From NCBI GenBank assembly GCA_043228905.1, contig JBHGNT010000009.1, positions 13,702,001 through 13,766,000 on the forward strand: a DNA stretch of 64,000 nt. The letters run 5' to 3'. Made by a program: the position numbers and the translations under genes. Each line of letters starts with the position of its first letter. Position 1 is the stretch's first letter. A model generated the notes under the pieces. The model had not been told where the DNA came from, searched no databases, and was given only the letters and a program-made list of their open reading frames with translations. The DNA is from Azolla caroliniana (Eukaryota > Plantae > Polypodiophyta). Shown piece after piece: positions 59,739 to 64,000 of this stretch.

Positions 59739-62700
59739 GGGGTCGAAGCACGCTACGGTGTACCAAAAAAGTATTTGTTTTTGGCCAAAAAAAACACAAG
59801 TACTATTAGTGCTGTTAGTATTAAGTGATTAAATAATAATAATAATAATAATCGAAAATAATTAAAATCTTTTTAGGGAGTGGTGTACGTTGCATTAAAG
59901 TTAGGGAATGGATGGGGGGATAGTTGTTGCGTATTCAGGACTGTTTTGGGGGCTATTTCCCCCTCACGTTTAATTTAGGACGCCACATTAAATCCTTTTG
60001 GCGCTTCTTCCAGGCGTCTCCTCTTTCGCCTTCCAACTGAGACAACGTAGGTCTTCACGGCGCACTCTGGTCTTCCGCCTTCCAACTGTGGTCTTCACAG
60101 CACACTCGAAATGTTTTTTGGTTGTTCTCTGTGTGACTCGTCTTCCCCATCTTCTCCTTCCATCGGTATGTCTTCTCCATCTTCTCTTTCACTCGGTATG
60201 TCTGCGCCTATTTCTATAAAGTGGTTATTTCTATACCTTACTTTTATTTGTATATGTGTGTATTCTCACTTCCCTCATATTGTTATTATTTAGTATGTCA
60301 ATCTCTAATCTAAATTTAGGATTGGTTTATGTTGAACAAATTAGTGTGTCGTCATGATTATGATTGTCATTGTCATCTCTGTCATATTTTGATCATTACT
60401 CGTTATTATTTGTATTATTACTTTGATCATTCTGTTATTATTTATTAAGTCGTGGCAACTTACTAAAAAGACTTTTGAATAGCTCTCCTTCTCTTGTTCA
60501 TTGTTCCTAGCTACAACACCTACAACCTAAGTTTTATATAAGCCTAATTTTATGGTCAAACAAGTAATTTAAAGGGGTCAAACAACAACTTAATTGAGGC
60601 AATTATTTCTTAAAAGTTAATTGTTTTGGAAAAGGAATATATGACTGTGGCAAACTCTGAAATGTTTATCCGATTTCCGGTTGATGTTTATGCTATGGGG
60701 TATTAACTATGTTTAATTTACGATGTATTAAGCAGTTATTCTGATTAATTAGGTGCTGAAATAACAAGAAATTAGGTGTTGAAATATATGAGAGTGACAA
60801 TGGTTGTTGATGAGGAGAGCGAGGTGTTCCTTAGCAAATCTATGTCTGAGAGGAGCAAGAGATGGGTGGTTCTTCACATGGAGAATATTAAGTTTAGGGA
60901 CCAATGTGTTTTAGAGGAAATTGTAGAGTGTATGAAGTCATCCCTACACTTACTGAAAGGGGTAGAGAGCATAGATAAGCTTGCTGCAAAAAGAGCAACC
61001 CTTCACATGGTTGTAAATGGTACAATGAAAAAAAAAAATAGTGATACTAAAGTTGCCTTAGCACTTGGTATCCAAAGAAGGAACTTGAGGAAGCATCGGA
61101 CAAATTTACAATCAAATCAATTTAAGTGGTTGGGGTTAGGCCGTAGATGATGATGTGATGCATTGCCTCATGAGATTATTGAGGAAGTGGGTTCCTTTTG
61201 GGCAAAAAACACACGTGTCTCACCGAATAAAAAAGATGTATGTAGACAACGTATAAGTCGGGGTAGGTACCAGATTCACTCAAGACACTTCTTGGAGATG
61301 ACTGAGGAAATTCAATTTTTTATGTATTTGGTTTTAAATATTTTGTTGTTTACTAAATGCTTCTATTAATGTTACCTATTTATTGAGTGATGTAGGCGGA
61401 ATTGTTCATGAACTTCAAAGACCAACATCCTAACATCAATCTTGGATTTCGCAAGTTCCAAGGTTTGACACCATTTTTTGTTAGAAAGTTAAAGGAGAGG
61501 AACACATGTTGTTGTGTGTACCACATTAAAATAGACATGTTAAGGCTTGGCGTGAACAATATGCATACTGATTCTCAAGGTATACATGGGGATGAGTGTG
61601 TTTGCACTTGTGAGGTATGTAGACCAAATGGGAGTGGTAATAGATGTAATGCGCGAAACATGACTTATGCAATAGTTTCTGAGTTATGGAGGTCTTTTGT
61701 TTGTGAAAAACAACCATCATCTGAGTGGCATAATCGTACATGTCTTGTTAGAACATGTAAGGTTTTCCCACAACCATTATTTTGTAGATAGGAGGTTGAC
61801 GTGGATAACTGTCATATTGTGAAATGGAAATATATGTGACAGAAAATATAGGTAAGGGTCTCGTTAGTAAGCGTATCAAAGAAGTATATAAGGAGACATG
61901 TGCTGCTACCCTTGTCTCAGAGTTTAAGAAGCAACTCGGGGAGTTCATTCCACATAACTTTAGGAGTTATTGGCAAAATTCATAGTTCAAGGAATGTATA
62001 AATAACTTACCACCGGATGTTATGGTATCTGTTATTGACTTTGCAGAGAACTATACCTTTAAAGTTCAAAATGAGGTTCACCAATGTACAATACTTGTAC
62101 ATATTTGCTACTGGAGAAAAGACGGTGAGTTACATAAGAAATCAATATTCTATATTTCAGATGATAAAAAGCATGATACGCTATTTGTTCAACATTGTTT
62201 CAAGCTTCACCATGCAGATTTATTGTCCTTGGGTGTTAATTTTTATCGCCATTGGGTCTAGTCTGATGGTGCTGCCTCACAATTTAAGGCAGCTCGGTCC
62301 TTCTACTTCATTGCAAGGTAAGGAATATAATCCATATGATTGGTACTTATAACTAGAAGTTTATTTTGGTAATACTTCATAGTACTTCATCTATTGCTTG
62401 AGTTTTCTACCAGTACGAATATTATATGAATAGTCATAAAAAATGTTTGTATAAAATACAATTAGTAATTCTCCTACTACATGCACTAGTACTATCTTGA
62501 AATGTTTGTACTAATTATGGTGTAAGTCTTGTATGTATGGTTCAAAGCCTTGAAAAGTATCCTTATTTTACAACTTAGTAGTATCATCCCACATGCACAA
62601 GTACTGACTATGATTCAACACCTTGTAAAGTACCCTTATTTTACAACTTAGTACTATCATCCCACATGCACAAGTACTAATTGATAACTTTGTGGTGTCA

Positions 62701-63390
62701 TCCCACAGGCAAGAGTATTAATTTGTAACTTAGCATTGTCCTCTGTCGTGCATTAGTACTAATGAATAACTTAGTACTATCTTCTTTCGGTCATTACTAC
62801 TAATCTATAACTTTGTTCATTCATACTAATTAGGATGGGTCTCTCTAGTGCATTAGTACTAAATAATAACTTAGTACTGTCCAACTTTGTTCATGAACAC
62901 AAGTTTATAACTTATGATTGTCATGGCCCACTAGTACAAACATTAGTACTAATTATTAGCATGAGAACTATCCAACTATGTTCATTACTACTAATTATTA
63001 ACTTAGTAATGTCCAACTTTGTTCATTAAGACCAAGTTATAACTTAGGACTGTCCTCTCTCATGCATTAGTACTAATCAATAGCTTAGTACTATCCTCTC
63101 TCCTTCATTTCTTTTAATTTATAACTTAGTACTGTCCTCTCTCGTTCATTTCTTTTAATTTATAACTTAGTACTATCCTCTCTCGTGCATTAGTAGAAAT
63201 TTTGGTTTAAGTCAAGTTAAGAGATGTAAGCTCTAGTAATGCACTAACTTTGTTTGTTGGCTAACTGTCATGCAAAACACCCAAATACTTCTCATTGACA
63301 AACATTAGGATGCAATGGAACTACTTCGGGTCGGGACATGGAAAGGGAGAGCACGATGGCGCGGGGGTTGTGATCAAGCATGCTCTTACT
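59739..63390 (+). mobile_element. Sola2-like DNA transposon (left end and degenerate intron-containing DDD transposase)
   Basis: LINE homology stops at TTTA|GGGGTCGAAGCAC. Transposase fragments at 60776-63390: RNTCCCVYH, VIDFAENY, ISDDKKHD, SDGAASQFK, WNYFGSGHGKGEHDGAG. Splice-like sites TGTAG|GC (~61395) and CAAG|GTAAGG (62317). Superfamily assigned from recalled motifs; no right end visible. Confidence 0.6.
62480..63200. repeat. Degenerate short tandem repeats built on (T)TAGTACTA within the putative transposase intron
   Basis: Many copies of AACTTAGTACT(A/G)TC and CATTAGTACTAA, with ~40-45-bp units such as TAACTTAGTACTRTCCTCTCTC...TTCATTTCTTTTAATTTA. Confidence 0.75.
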
Positions 63391-63998
63391 AGTGAACCGG
63401 TGTTAGCATTAATCTGCTCTTCATGGGTAGAACCGGTGTTATGCAGTAACACGGTATTCGTAGTACAAACATGTTCCTCTTCTTGGGTGGTTGCCATCTT
63501 CATTGCAAACTCCTCGTTGATGAAGCTAGACACTTGGTTCTTTGTATTGTCTTGTTCCAAGTGCAGGCTACTTGTGGTGTTTTGGTAAGGCATATGATTT
63601 GTAGTACCACCTTGTTCCTCTTCTTGGGTGGTAGCTACAATCTCCTTAATGATACAGTCTTGCCCCATGTTTACGGTACTGTCAGTATTCTGGACACACA
63701 CCTCATTCGTAGCACCACCTTGTTCCTCTTCTTGGCTGGTAGCTACACTCTCTTTAATGTTACAGTCATGCTCCTCATGTTTGGTCAAATTCACATTCCC
63801 TGCTCACTCCTCAGAAAACTCGTTTGTCACCTCGTTCTTTGTCCACTCCAACTCCTCTTCTTGGGTGATTTCACATTCCTCATGTGTGGTGCTATCTGAG
63901 TCTGAACAATCAAGATTGCTCCATAGACTGAGTGAACATCTGATGCTATTTGGGAGTCTCCATGTTCTTCTTTTCCTAAATAACAAGCACAATATCAA
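63391..63998 (-). other. Unassigned coding-like sequence with repeated (A)TTQEEE peptide units
   Basis: ORFs 63321-63794 and 63804-63998 contain ATSQEEEQGG / ATTQEEEQGG / ATTQEEEH / ITQEEE; DNA motif TCCTCTTCTTGG recurs at ~63475, 63616, 63724 and 63853; abrupt junction with the transposase at ~63390. Confidence 0.4.
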
Positions 63999-64000
63999 TT

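Overview
Eukaryotic plant nuclear DNA, most likely from a fern (inferred from a PLS-PPR gene with elongated L motifs and from the transposon lineages present). It holds one intact host gene, an intronless PLS-E PPR protein (5076-7835), with a 5x94-bp tandem array upstream. Most of the rest is a deeply nested transposon pile whose junctions can be resolved by target-site duplications (TSDs). A degraded minus-strand LINE (~17.2-59.7 kb) hosts a tRNA-Trp-primed Ty3/gypsy with 4-bp TSDs, which itself contains two solo LTRs and a fold-back LTR. The same LINE also hosts a 31-kb Athila-like gypsy that contains a copia (holding a very young Athila-like gypsy), a self-priming Tcn1-like chromovirus and a non-autonomous hAT. 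A chromovirus at 10.75-16.64 kb splits a VQ-motif gene fragment lying between inverted repeats, and a Sola2-like DNA transposon starts at ~59.7 kb. Most notable observations: (1) tRNA-like A-box/B-box modules with canonical spacing, antisense in U3 of the LTRs of two distinct gypsy lineages; (2) CpG-centred 4-bp target sites for the Trp-primed group; (3) a conserved extra ~880-aa coiled-coil ORF and a hairpin in place of a PPT in the two Athila-like elements; (4) a Pack-type capture of a VQ gene. All comparisons were made by eye; lineage names need HMM or phylogenetic confirmation.
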